DNA of 64,000 nt from Amphiscolops sp. MND2022 (taxonomy: Eukaryota). The stretch is from assembly GCA_964187785.1 (NCBI GenBank), contig OZ076409.1:47494001-47558000 (forward strand), written 5' to 3'. Positions 11,001 through 20,601 of the stretch are shown here, piece after piece; the first letter of the stretch is position 1, and every line of letters begins with the position of its first letter. A program made the position numbers and the translations under genes. The notes below the pieces were generated by a model. The model made no database searches, was not told where the DNA came from, and saw only the letters and a list, made by a program, of their open reading frames with translations.

Positions 11001-13123
11001 TGGTAATTGTTTTCAGTATCTACGGTAATTACTTCTTGAGGTGGTGACAAGAACGCGGCCTGAAGAATTAAGCTGGTAAAAGATGAAAATATTCAAATTT
11101 GTTTCCTCTTTGTTACCCAACCTCCGCTTCAATACAAATTGTACCAGATCAGCTGGAGTTTATTAGATTGACCGCAGATTGAAATGCTTACGGCGAAACC
11201 TTTTTAAAAAACATCAGAAATAAAAATGTTTCTGAGTCCCCTGCAATTCCAGCTACTCTGATCAAATATAATCTTTTCTGAATTTTGATCTGGCGAATGG
11301 ACAAATGCCCAACAATATTTTTGCAGGAATATCTCTGTTGTATTCATCGGAAATTACATGGAACCCTTTCGATTTGCGATTTACTAAAAGTTCTCCTTGA
11401 ACATGTTTGTTTTGTATTTCCCTTAAGCGCCACTAATGAAAATGTTTTTCAATTTTTGCCTTTTCGAGTTGGAATTTTCAAAAATATTATGGAGTTTTAT
11501 TTACAAACTATTGTTTTTCGTTGCATCTACGGTCTGGATTTTTTGAATAAAGCGAAAAGTATTTCTCGAATTTTTAATGTGTTAATTCAAATGTTTGACT
11601 TTTCTGTTAATGACTCTTCTCTGTAATGATCTATAAACGGACTGATTTTCAGTTGTTGCAACAATTATCATTTCAGTTTTTCGCAGGTGGTGGTTCCAGG
11701 GGCATGGGTAGAGGTGGAGGCGGTGTCCCCGGTTACGGAGGTGGCCGAGGAGGGGGAGGCTACAACAACTGGAATCAAGGCGGAGGTCATAATGCACGTG
11801 GCGGAGGAGGTGGCTGGCAACATCACAGAGGTGGCTACCAGAACTACTACGCACCAGCAAATTACAACCACCCCCCAAGAAATAGAGTGACGTCAACAGG
11901 CAGTCGCAACAATGATCCACTTCCAGCGCCACTCACTGAAGGTTGAAATTCTTCAAGTTTAGGGTCTCACCAAAGTTGAATTTGTCAAAATCCAAGGTGC
12001 TCGCTCATTCCATTTTAAAAAATTTACACATTTCTGAAATAGTTTCATTAGACCCTGATTTTACGTAGAACGTGTAGATATTTGGCTGATTTCTCCTTTC
12101 CGTTGCACAGAATTGAATAAATTGATTACAGACGCTCAGAAGCCTTTTGTTGTTGTAGAGGAGAGGGCCAACAGACCGAGACTGAACTTACTGCCGAGGA
12201 CAGTTGGTGCTAGCAATTCAGAGAGTAGTGCTAATGGCAGCAGCAACAATTTTGTCATGACTGAAAGAAACGTCGCCATCTTCGGAAAATCAATCACAAG
12301 AAGTGCCAATACCTCGACAGACCCCTCTCCTGCTGCTACTCTCGCTGACCCTGCTGGTTAGTAGGACCATGTTTTCCTCCGGTGCAACTTTGTTCAATTT
12401 TTGTCATTATTTGTTCCCTAAATGATCTCAAAAGCTGAAATGAATTTTTATGGATTCATGTGGACCCCGAACAATGAGTATTTGTGAACTGGAGCAGTAG
12501 GTCACCCAATGAAACGAAAACGTGACTTGACAAATTTCGATACACCTCGAGAAGGTATTTTCAGATGTAGCAAATTCTGTGTACTTCAACCTTTTCAATT
12601 CTTTTATCATCGCATAATAAGGGTATATAATTACTTGTCGATCAATACGACCATGTTTCTTTCCCCTCATTGGTTGCTCGTTCCAGTAATCAGCGTGAGT
12701 TCGGCTCCGCAGAACTCGTGTATGGACAACAACCCTGGAGGTGGCCACAAAGAGCACGAAGACTCTATGCCAGTAGCCCAAAATGGAGGAAGGGGTGAAT
12801 ACGTGGGAGATGGAGAGACAGCCACCCTTAGTATGCAAACAAGTATTCCTGACTCAAGAGCAATTCCAGACTCATCCTTTTCAGCACCCTCTGCTGCCCA
12901 TGGTGGTAGTTTCAGTGGTACACAACCCAACGGAGGCAGTAGCAACAGCAGTGTCGGTGCATCTGCCTCCACCGGTCACGACAAACCCCCTGACCATAAT
13001 GAACACTCCGACTCAGGATTCAGGAGTGAAGATGGAACGGGCGACTCTCATGGTACTGCGCCCTCTCCCCCTGACGTGAAACACCTGGAAAACAAACTAC
13101 ATGCCCTTTCTGTGGATAACTAA
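4910..13123 (+). CDS. EIF4H: Eukaryotic translation initiation factor 4H-like RRM protein, 7 coding exons: join(4910-5026,7637-7685,7759-7823,10368-10713,11687-11941,12132-12356,12687-13123), about 497 aa
   Basis: The manually spliced protein reads MPQKSQGNPSDGPPFTIFIGNLPTYALECDIEMILQGIE|HDRIRLIKDKETDEFK|GFAYVDILDEESLDKALTLNNA|MLDENKIRVNIAE..., matching the eIF4H RRM (PPYTAYVGNLP, RLVRDKDTDKFKGFCYVEF, LRVDIAE), and carries the eIF4H/4B motif EERANRPRLNLLPRTV. All six introns are GT-AG with consistent phase; exon lengths sum to 1494 nt. Confidence 0.85.
5212..7407 (-). mobile_element. Full-length, apparently autonomous hAT DNA transposon (2196 bp) in intron 1 of the eIF4H-like gene
   Basis: Perfect 12-bp TIRs CAGGGTTGTTAA / TTAACAACCCTG; perfect 8-bp TSD ATTTGTAA (5204-5211, 7408-7415); arrays of (T)GTTATTAAC subterminal repeats at both ends; uninterrupted transposase ORF. 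Confidence 0.96.
5378..7000 (-). CDS. hAT transposase (BED zinc finger, DDE RNase H fold, C-terminal dimerisation domain), 540 aa from the ATG at 7000
   Basis: BED finger WNHY..CKHC..MKQHLEKDH; catalytic motifs SVDAWSD and VTDNAANM; CAAH (CxxH); RWNS; STAAMERAFS..RNRL. The ORF-track start at 7009 is a TTG; the first ATG is MPGGRPP. Confidence 0.93.
   Translation of the reverse strand: MPGGRPPFPIWNHYTKSNDGRAHCKHCNHDCVPNAARMKQHLEKDHPSNTVAESEPEDVIELPASQPGPSQPKQSKMDTFTIRTTPNDQLQIDKSLATFFFANNIPFRVVEDTFFTDFVKLLRPGYKPPTRQKLSEELLESIHDDMTEKMKETIQGNSVTLSVDAWSDVNNTPILASSVVYKKDVIVIDATETTGVPHTAENLIDFVENQVQVAQEKFNVKVVGLVTDNAANMEKTRKNMRTKLVTYGCAAHHFNLLGKELTSMQILSRLVDIVKFFRNVHLAKAALDGRNVNKPPIPTVVRWNSAADTLGWFINNWTVLFDIAETDSAKKIRKNIKEPSFYSSCKDMLQCLNPIKTALDKVQGNNVLVSDAVYGWKTVMNEFRTAERRDWLEQCEKRYANAVPDSWFAVCLIDPRSFGSDLTEFEKNRGLEWVRQHHPDSYSAVFEIIGMNPTEQIAKFNELQSVSPSTFLKSQVALGKLPSTILPLMDVLFALVPSTAAMERAFSTMGLIHSEIRNRLSPVKVKKLAFIIRALRQNNS
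7637..7685 (+). CDS. EIF4H: eIF4H-like coding exon 2
   Basis: TTCCAG|CAC... HDRIRLIKDKETDEFK(G) ...AAAG|GTGGGT. Confidence 0.85.
7759..7823 (+). CDS. EIF4H: eIF4H-like coding exon 3 (RNP1)
   Basis: ATATAG|GT.. (G)FAYVDILDEESLDKALTLNNA ..GCG|GTTGGT. Confidence 0.85.
8488..9152 (-). mobile_element. HINE family 1 copy (in eIF4H intron 3)
   Basis: Reverse-oriented ends AAGTCTGCGCTATATCTAAGGCTC (3') and AGCGCCAACTAAAAA (5'); body similar to 63065-63890 (AAAATTCGGATAGTATTGAAAAAA...GAGAATTTTGAAA..TTTCATTGTGCCGAAAA). Confidence 0.65.
9360..9530. repeat. Dispersed repeat of unknown class; second copy at about 17170-17395
   Basis: ATTGAGATGAAGCGAACRAGTGTTGATTAYTCGT..GCGAA..GAAAC..AACTGGTASAGTGAWTAATTGTGCGCTATATAA is shared by both loci. 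Confidence 0.75.
9628..10161 (+). mobile_element. HINE family 1 copy, degenerate
   Basis: 5' TTTTTAGTGGGCGCTTTTT; internal AAAGGG(T)CCCC modules; 3' GCGCTTTTTGAGCCTTAAATGGGCTCTTGTT (shortened). Confidence 0.55.
10368..10713 (+). CDS. EIF4H: eIF4H-like coding exon 4 (end of RRM, RGG/Asn-rich region)
   Basis: TTTAG|ATG; KIRVNIAE then GGRGRRGG repeats; donor GGAA|GTAAGT. Confidence 0.85.
11687..11941 (+). CDS. EIF4H: eIF4H-like coding exon 5 (RGG/Tyr/Asn-rich)
   Basis: TTTTCGCAG|GT; GGSRGMGRGGGG..YGGGRGGGGYNNWNQ..PLPAPLTE; donor GAAG|GTTGAA; phase consistent. Confidence 0.8.
12132..12356 (+). CDS. EIF4H: eIF4H-like coding exon 6 (RPRLxLxPR motif)
   Basis: TTACAG|AC; EERANRPRLNLLPRTV..AIFG; donor CTG|GTTAGT. 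Confidence 0.82.
12687..13123 (+). CDS. EIF4H: eIF4H-like terminal exon (Ser/Gly-rich disordered tail)
   Basis: GTTCCAG|TA in phase with exon 6; open to TAA at 13121-13123. Confidence 0.7.
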
Positions 13124-13500
13124 TCAATTGAATATAACAAATACACTTCAGTTTACATAGTATATATAAAGTACCGCGGCGGCGAAATCAGTGTTGCGGC
13201 GGCAGCTTAAAACTGCAATAGTTATAACATTTTCAACACAAAGTTATGTTTTCCACTGGACCGGCAGCGGCGGCGGCCTCCTTGTTTTAAACTTCAGAGG
13301 TAGTTTAGATATGAAAGTTTTCGCTGCGAAATTTATCGTGACTAGGGGCCACCGCCGCTGTTACTGTTGTACTGCCAAAGGCGGTGGCGGCGCTGTCTCC
13401 TCGTCGGGTCAATATTATTTTCATCTTTATATCGTTTCTGTATTTTGAGTTGCTCATCCGTGATCAGCAATCGTGACCTCTCGTCTTATCTAACATCAGC

Positions 13501-13561
13501 CAGCCAATCAATGATCGTTGCCCACTTGTGATTTTGTACTTGTTTGGCCGCCAGAGGGCGA
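13501..13561 (+). promoter_or_regulatory. CCAAT box and CTCF-like motif between the eIF4H-like and PARL-like genes
   Basis: CAGCCAATCA (13501-13510) matches the NF-Y consensus; TGGCCGCCAGAGGGCGA (13545-13561) matches the CTCF core CCRSYAGRKGGCR. Motif match only. Confidence 0.35.
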
Positions 13562-13876
13562 GTGACAACAAACTCCTGATTTGATTTCAATGCCATCGTC
13601 TTGTAGACGAAAATGCTTATTTCTGTTTAGAAACTTCAGAATTGTGTTGAATGTGATGTAGAGCTTCAATGTTTCGTCTGTTGCCAAAAAACCAGTTTTC
13701 ATTGTTAGCTTTTGAGCTATTTTTGTTTTTTTTTTAAAAAAGATGAATGGCGATAATTCGAAACATTGGAAGAATTGTTAATTTGAATTATCATTTTCCA
13801 CAAAATTTCCTTACAAATCCAAAATTCAATCTCAAATCTTTATTTTGTTTTTGTCTTGAGCTAGTTGTAGATCTTA

Positions 13877-14182
13877 TTAGTCGGAGCTTTCGTAGGAAGC
13901 AGACTATAGTAGTGACTTTTTTAAGACCCGACGAACTGATTGATTTTATAAGTTTAATTAGTTGTTGCATCTACTGCCACAATTAACTTGTAAATTCTAC
14001 TGCCACTTGGCCCAATGTTAATCAGGATTTTTTGAGAACTGAGAAGCAGAAGGACGAGGGTTCGAGTCTCGCACTTGACAAAAATTCTCCGCTTGTTATT
14101 TCGGCATATGTAAAAAAAACAGTAAAGTTGAGTTTCAGTAACCTTGAACGGGGTCGTCGACTTGGGCCGTTCCCGGCTTGTT
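13877..14182 (+). mobile_element. HINE family 1 short copy
   Basis: 5' TTAGTCGGAGCTTT..AAGCAGACTA; 3' GTCGTCGACTTGGGCCGTTCCCGGCTTGTT. Confidence 0.7.
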
Positions 14183-14215
14183 TTCAACTTGTTGTTTTAA
14201 CTTTCCATTACCAGC

Positions 14216-14992
14216 TTTTTAGTCGGCGTTTTCGGAGCGAAAGTATGTTTCTTACAGTGGGTAATTTTTTTCCAGTAGCTCATCCGTGCACTTTCACGCA
14301 GAACAGGTGGAGCAAATATACGGTAAAGACCATTTGGCATAACCAACACGCTATATCCGATTTTTTGACGTTATATACCAAGTAGATTGAGTTTCACTAA
14401 AGAGGAGGTGGATGTTCGAAAATATTGCGCTATATGCGAATTTTTGCCGCTATATCCGAACTATATTGCGTTTTACCCGAGGAGGATGCGGAGGTAAAAA
14501 CAGCTCCCATTTGTCCCAGCACGCTACATCCGAACTTTTGACGTTATATCCCGAGTTAAATTGCGCTTTACTAAGGAGGAAGCGAAGGTTCAAAAAAGCG
14601 CTCCAATTTCTTCAATCGATTCCAATTTTCTTCAACCAATCTTCAGGTTACTCAATAATTGTGGAAATGGCCTATGGTATTTTTCGGCACTGCGACTTTC
14701 GAAAACGTTTTTGTTTGATCAAAGTGTACCCCTTATTTCATAAGCTGAAAGCTCCTTTTTCGGCACTATGACACTTTTTCCGCACAAAAACTTTCGATTT
14801 TTTCTCGAAAAAATGGGTTTTTTGTTTCCAGTTGAGGAAAAGATGGTTTCAGAGTCTTATGCGTATCCTTTCGGGTATTCTTCGGCACTGAGAAATTAAT
14901 AAAAATTTGACAATAGTGTCCTTTGCATATTTAAGAAACTTGGTTTATTGAAACATGAACGAGGCGCCAACTTTGGCCGTTCATGGCTTGTT
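14216..14992 (+). mobile_element. HINE family 1 copy
   Basis: 5' TTTTTAGTCGGCGTTTT; internal TATATCCGA repeats and TTTTCGGCACT modules; 3' GGCGCCAACTTTGGCCGTTCATGGCTTGTT. Confidence 0.7.
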
Positions 14993-15148
14993 ACTCTTTT
15001 GCTGGAACGGATTTAGATTCCGTTTCTAATTATTTGAAATTACTTTTTTGAAATTTGATGACTTCACAAAAATATCAGGACTTTTGACAGATTCCGGAAG
15101 TAGATTGGCAAACTTTGCTCGTGTTTACTCTTAATAGTTTCAGAATTA

Positions 15149-16138
15149 ATGTTGAATCAATTTCGTTACTTTTCTTGCTCAAAATCTATCTTTGGTTTGA
15201 ATTTACGCCATGTCAGAGATTTTAGAGGACAAGCCAGAACCAGATTCTCTAAGAAACTGAAAGTACCTACCCATACGAAGCCGAAGAACTCATACGAAGG
15301 TTCATCTGAAAAACTCAAGCGTCTTGTTGGACCCTCTGTCTTCACTTTCTCTTGCTGTGGCCTCGTCCATTTATATGCAGAACCCTTTTGTCGATATCTC
15401 TTTCCGAAGACTTCTACTAGAGATCAGTTTTTGCAGGACCTTTTCAACCCTATTAGCACATCCAGACGGCAAAAAGAAATGCAAGCAAACCCTGCGGCAA
15501 TTTGGTGGAAAAGTAAATCAAATCTGGAAAAATTAGTTTGGGGAATAGTATTCATAAATGGCTTTGTATTATTCGCATTTCGCTTTTTTCCTGCACTCCA
15601 ACCCATGATGTCGCGTCTCTTCATAGCTGGACCTCGCTACAGTGTTTTGGGCATTCCTTTGGCTATGTTCACTCATTTAGGAGCCGTTCACTTTGGCTTC
15701 AATTCATACGCTCTCACATCATTTGGACCTGCCTTCCGGAGCGCTCTTTCAGAAAGCGATTTCCTGAAGTTGTATCTACACAGTGGTATTGTGGCCAATT
15801 ATGTAGTGGTTGTTTCAAAGATATTGGCTGGCTCCTACGCTTATGCCATGGTCGGAGCTTCTGCGGCCATTTACGGGTTGATCGGATTCATTTCTCAAGC
15901 CTTCCCCGAAAAACAAATTGGAATCATTTTGTTGTCTGATTTATTCCCTCAGATTTCTTTCAAGCTTAGGGATGCTCCTCTTTTACTTCTATGTGTAGAT
16001 GGAATCGGACTAATGTCCACGTGGCTGTCAAGAAATGCAAAACGAGCCAACTTCATTGCCCACGAAGCCCATCTGGCAGGATTATTTTTTGGCTTGGCAT
16101 ATTATCATTGGATGGCCAGGCAGATCAGTTATAACTAA
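15149..16138 (+). CDS. PARL: PARL-like mitochondrial rhomboid intramembrane serine protease (329 aa, single coding exon)
   Basis: Basic N-terminus resembling a mitochondrial presequence; several TM segments; rhomboid motifs MFTHLGAVHFGFN (HxxxxHxxxN), catalytic GASAA, and AHEAHLAGLFFG. Confidence 0.88.
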   Translation: MLNQFRYFSCSKSIFGLNLRHVRDFRGQARTRFSKKLKVPTHTKPKNSYEGSSEKLKRLVGPSVFTFSCCGLVHLYAEPFCRYLFPKTSTRDQFLQDLFNPISTSRRQKEMQANPAAIWWKSKSNLEKLVWGIVFINGFVLFAFRFFPALQPMMSRLFIAGPRYSVLGIPLAMFTHLGAVHFGFNSYALTSFGPAFRSALSESDFLKLYLHSGIVANYVVVVSKILAGSYAYAMVGASAAIYGLIGFISQAFPEKQIGIILLSDLFPQISFKLRDAPLLLLCVDGIGLMSTWLSRNAKRANFIAHEAHLAGLFFGLAYYHWMARQISYN

Positions 16139-17169
16139 CTTATTTACTTCATCAATTCTCGAACGACATCATTTTGATTTTGCTGCATCTTTGTTGTTTA
16201 ACTTGAAGTTTCTTCGTCTTGAAAGATTTTTTGTAGACATTATAAAATATAGTTTAATTGAATATGAATAATTTTTGGTTGAGCTAATCTCTTCAATGCA
16301 AACGTTGAAATTATAGTTTAACCCCCATTTAATTTTTTGGTATAGCAAATCATTACGGATCAATTGGATAGTTCTTATTTAGATGAGAGCCAAAAGTGCC
16401 AAAAAATACAACAAGTTTCGAATATTGACAATTTTCTAATTTTGATTTTTTTACTATTAGTCCCTTTCAAGAGCTAGCTAGCTTCTGATTTTTTAGGAGT
16501 CGATTTTCGTGACAAACATGTTCGTGAGTAGCCATAAATGTCACTTTTTGACAAACTTGGAAGATTTCTCGAATGTATTCTCTTCAATTTCCTTCTAATA
16601 TGGTTAATGATGGCTTCGATATGTAAATTCTTTCCAGTAAACCAGTTTAATTCAATTTTCTGATATTTTGGCCGGAAAACTGCAGAAATAGCATAGGATA
16701 TTTGCCTAGTTTCAGAAAATTGTTTTTGTAAGATTTCGGTTGTTTTTTTGTATTGCTACTTCAGAAATTAGTTTCTTTTGGACACCTTCAAAAATAGTTT
16801 TTTTTTCGAAATTCAATCTATATCCTCTGGAAAAGAGACCAATTTTTGATATATTAGAGTACCAAGAAGCTGAAAACACTTGTCTTCACTAGCGACACTT
16901 GTTTTCACTTCGTTTGACAGAAAACTATCAGTCGCAATATTCTCTGGTATTTATCACAGTCACAGTAGTATTCTGTTTTGTAAGGAATCAAAATTTTGAA
17001 AGGCATCCACCAACATGTTTTTAGTGAATTTTGGATTGTTCCGAATTTCATTATTTCTGCGATTTTTCCAGTCAGCTTTTGTTAGCGATTCGAGTACCTA
17101 CTGAAAAATTCAGATATTTTGTTCGACAGTGAGTGTGTGAGATTCAAATTTCTCAAGCTGTCGACGACA

Positions 17170-17395
17170 ATTCGTTTCTCGTGCGATGAAACGAGCGAGT
17201 GGTAATTATACTTTCGTACGCCGAGTTATTGAGATGAAGCGAACAAGTGTTGATTATTCGTTCGCCGAGAGCTTCACCTGCATTCAAATGCGAATGTGAA
17301 ACTTCGTCTACGCTTAGTTATATTTTCTTTAGTCCGAGACCGAGAAGAAATAAAGGCGGTGTAAACTGGTAGAGTGATTAATTGTGCGCTATATA
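17170..17395. repeat. Dispersed repeat, second copy (with internal partial duplication)
   Basis: Similar to 9360-9530; the GATGAA.CGA.C.AGTG...CGT.CGCCGAG block occurs twice. Confidence 0.7.
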
Positions 17396-18374
17396 AATAA
17401 GATATGCTTCTATTAATGAACATGAAACTCTAAAAGCAGAAATAATACCGTGCCCCGCAGGGGCCTGTTTTTTCAAAAGCTACTGGTCAGAAAAAACTCC
17501 CGGGACCAATTTTGTAGCCTTGACCTTGTTCTTAAACTTTTATTAGTTGCCACTTTCTCTAGAAATACCCTCTTTAAAAAACGAAAAGCCAAAAACAGCA
17601 GTTCCATCGAAAAACTCCACAGAGTAGAATAGGATAACTTATTTAGCGGTGTTTAATTGAAGCGTTCAGATTCAAAACTTTGAGAACAGAGTCAAATGTA
17701 CAGAGGTTGTCGCTTTTGGTTGAGATCGAGTGTCTACGTTTTTGGTATCAAAGGATAAGTAGTCTCAATTGAATGAACCAGTATTCCACATTTTTTGCGA
17801 ATGTTTTTTCTTGAATTCCCGAAAAACAATGGTTTCTTGAGTAAATTTGAGAAGCTTCTTTTAAAGCCAGCTTTTGACTAGCAGTTTTGCCAGCATTACC
17901 TTTAGCAAGCAGTCAATTTTCAAACAAGACAAGAACGTCTAAAGTCAGCGCGCCGCTTAAAGCTTAAAAAGACTTTTAGTAAAATATCAATTTTATGTGT
18001 TGAACAATACCCAGAGGAGCTTTCTGTGTTCGGAAAACATTTTTCACTAAATGACCGTTTTTTCAGCACTAGAAATTTTGAATGCTGAAAAATTATCTAC
18101 TTAGTAAAGTATTTTTAATTCTTAAAGAAGTGTTTTCTGAATTCTTGGTTTTCTCGAAACACTGACCAAGAGATAGAACATCCGAAGGAAGATCTGATAT
18201 CGTGCGTGTTTTGGCTGTTTGCTTCAATATAAGTATGCCCGAAATTTGCAGCTACTTTCTCCAGTTTTAAAAAAGTAGAAGTCTCTTTTTCCGACGACTT
18301 CCAAAATCCTCAATTTTTCAGTTCAGAGTAATTTTTCAGCAGACTTGATCAAGTAAAATGACATCTATTTTTCT

Positions 18375-18844
18375 AACAAGACGCCCGCTGAGGAGCGGGA
18401 TATTTTCCGCCCCGAACTGTTCTACAACTACATAAATTTGAGGCTCAAGAATAACTAATGCACTATAAAAACGCTGAGAAGTTCGAAGAAAAGAAAGCTT
18501 CGATTCATCTTGTCCATTTTTCTAATTCGCGGTGTCTCAAAAAATGGCAAAAATTGCATAAAAATGTTTAAAAATGAGAAATTTGGGAATTTTTGTCATT
18601 TTCGGGGTCATTTTGTCATTAAGGGGTCATTTTCGTCATTTTCGTCATTTTTTAAAAAAACTTCAAAAATCTCTACAAATACATATCGCACGAAGCTAAA
18701 TTTATGTGGGTTGAATTCTATGGGTAACACCCTTAAATTTAAATATAAATAAAATCTTGGCAAATTTTGTAAAAAAAAAAAAAAAAACCCGTTTGATTTA
18801 AATATTTTCCTTTCCCATATGAAATATGGGCGGAAAATAAAAAA
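18375..18844 (-). mobile_element. HINE family 2 copy
   Basis: Minus strand reads 5' TTTTTTATTTTCCGCCC ... GGGCGGAAAATAT, hairpin CCCGCT-CCTC-AGCGGG, then CGTCTTGTT: subterminal inverted repeat, 3' hairpin and T-rich ends. A partial 5' end recurs at about 26670-26718. Confidence 0.75.
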
Positions 18845-19753
18845 GTTTTTCTATATTTGACATAACTTTGTCGAAGGAAGTAACTCCTTGAGATAGAGAG
18901 GAATGTTCATTTCTGATGAAAATTGTATTCAGCGTTTTGTATCCGTGTTTATGTTTGCGACGAGAATGCGTAATGTATATTTGCTAACCATTCCCGGAAT
19001 TGGGAACTGAATGAAATCGCCATGAATTCTGATGTCACAATTACACCGATTGAATCTAAAACACCACTCTCATCCAATTATACCCAATCAAGTTCATGCC
19101 GTCTCCCCTCTTTTTTAGTACCCAACATATGCCGATTGTTTCATTAACCATATACCAATGTTTGTTTTAACGAATTTTAAACTTTACAAAAGGGTGAAAT
19201 TTCTAACTCAGTTAACGCTAAAATATTTTGAACTCTATATTCATAATTTATGTAGGCGGAAATTTCATCGTGAGATTCTTTGCTATAATAGCTAATACAT
19301 AATTCATTCGTTTCAAAAATTAACAGCGTCTACTAATATGTACCATTTTAATAATTTGAACTTCTATTGAAATGAAGACCTTTCATTTTGACGCCTCCAT
19401 TCAGACCATCATTGAAAGAAAAGAGTTGATTGCATTAAATTGACTCAACACGACAGTCGCTGAGCAACAGTATGTTTTTGCCGTGAAATATTTTAACAAT
19501 ATACACTCAGAACCGGCACAAAAATGGAGGAAACAATTTGTAGAAAGATCATTGATAATAGATATTCACTAAAGAAAACATTGATATACTTTCTGCACCA
19601 ATTTTTCCCAATTGATATACCAAATTTTTCAATTGCCTATTTCTCCAATCTAAAAAGATAACATCTCGGCATTAGCTAGTTTCTAAATCCCAATTTCTTA
19701 CTGGCAGGAAAAGAAACAAGGCGTTTTTAAATGTTATAACCGGATTGCATCCA

Positions 19754-20601
19754 TTTTTACACTTGCGATAAGCAAGTGTTATGGGAAAGTGCGGGTGCTT
19801 TTTTTGGGGTGACAACTCTCGTCTGAGCCGGCAAGTCGCAGTTCAGGCGTTCGTGGTCTAGTTGTGAAATGCTTACTTTTCAACCCAGAGGTTTCGTTTT
19901 TGAACCTGTGCGTATGCGCTAATTTTTTTTACAAGTATTCCAAAGCAGAAGGGTCCCCCTTTCCATTTTTTTGGCACTATGAGACTTAACCCTCCATTTT
20001 CGGTTTTGTGAGACTTTTCGAAAATTTTTAAATGTCCCCAAAGGGTCCCCCTTCAATCTTTTTGATATTTTGCAACAGAATGGATGTTAAAAATCTCAAA
20101 GGGTCCACCCTTTTCCAGTTTTCGGCATTGTCAGATTTTTCAAAATGAATATTTTTTGTCTTAAAATAAGGTTTTTTCAGGCCCAGCACGCTATATCCGA
20201 TTTTTTAAAGACTCGCGTTTTTTCTATGCTACTTTTCTAATTTGTTTTCATCGAAGCACCCCCCCCCCTCAATTTTTACTAGGAACGAAACGTTTTACAA
20301 GCATAAAGGACTTTTCGCGGTTTTAGGTACTATGCGACTTCAAAAATTTAGAGAAAACCTTCATCAAAAAAAATTTAGAGAAACTTCGAAAACTTTTTTC
20401 CTCAATTTGAGAAAGATTGTTTTTTCCAGTTGGGGAAGAATGGTTTTCGAGACTTATTCGTATCCCTTCGGGTATTTTTGACGCTGTAAAATTGATGAAT
20501 TTTTAATGTCCTTTTACCCTTGGTTCTCCGTATGATATTGCTAATTTGGTTTTCTTCAAAAGTTCGCAAGTGTTTGCGAAGCACGGCTTCGCCTCTGTGT
20601 T
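19754..20601 (+). mobile_element. HINE family 3 copy
   Basis: 5' TTTTTACACTTGCGATAAGCAAGTGT; 3' subTIR TCGCAAGTGT, hairpin GCGAAGC-ACG-GCTTCGC, then CTCTGTGTT; internal tandem AAGGGTCCCCCTT modules shared with family 1. Confidence 0.75.

Noticed and set aside
12509..12686. N-terminal part of the 204-aa ORF (likewise the 5' parts of ORFs 11626 and 12113 and the 3' part of ORF 10368)
   Set aside because: These are intronic extensions of eIF4H-like exons, not separate genes.
13174..13396. GC-rich CGGCGGC clusters after the eIF4H-like stop codon
   Set aside because: Possibly a MITE relic, but I could not define a TIR pair or TSD.
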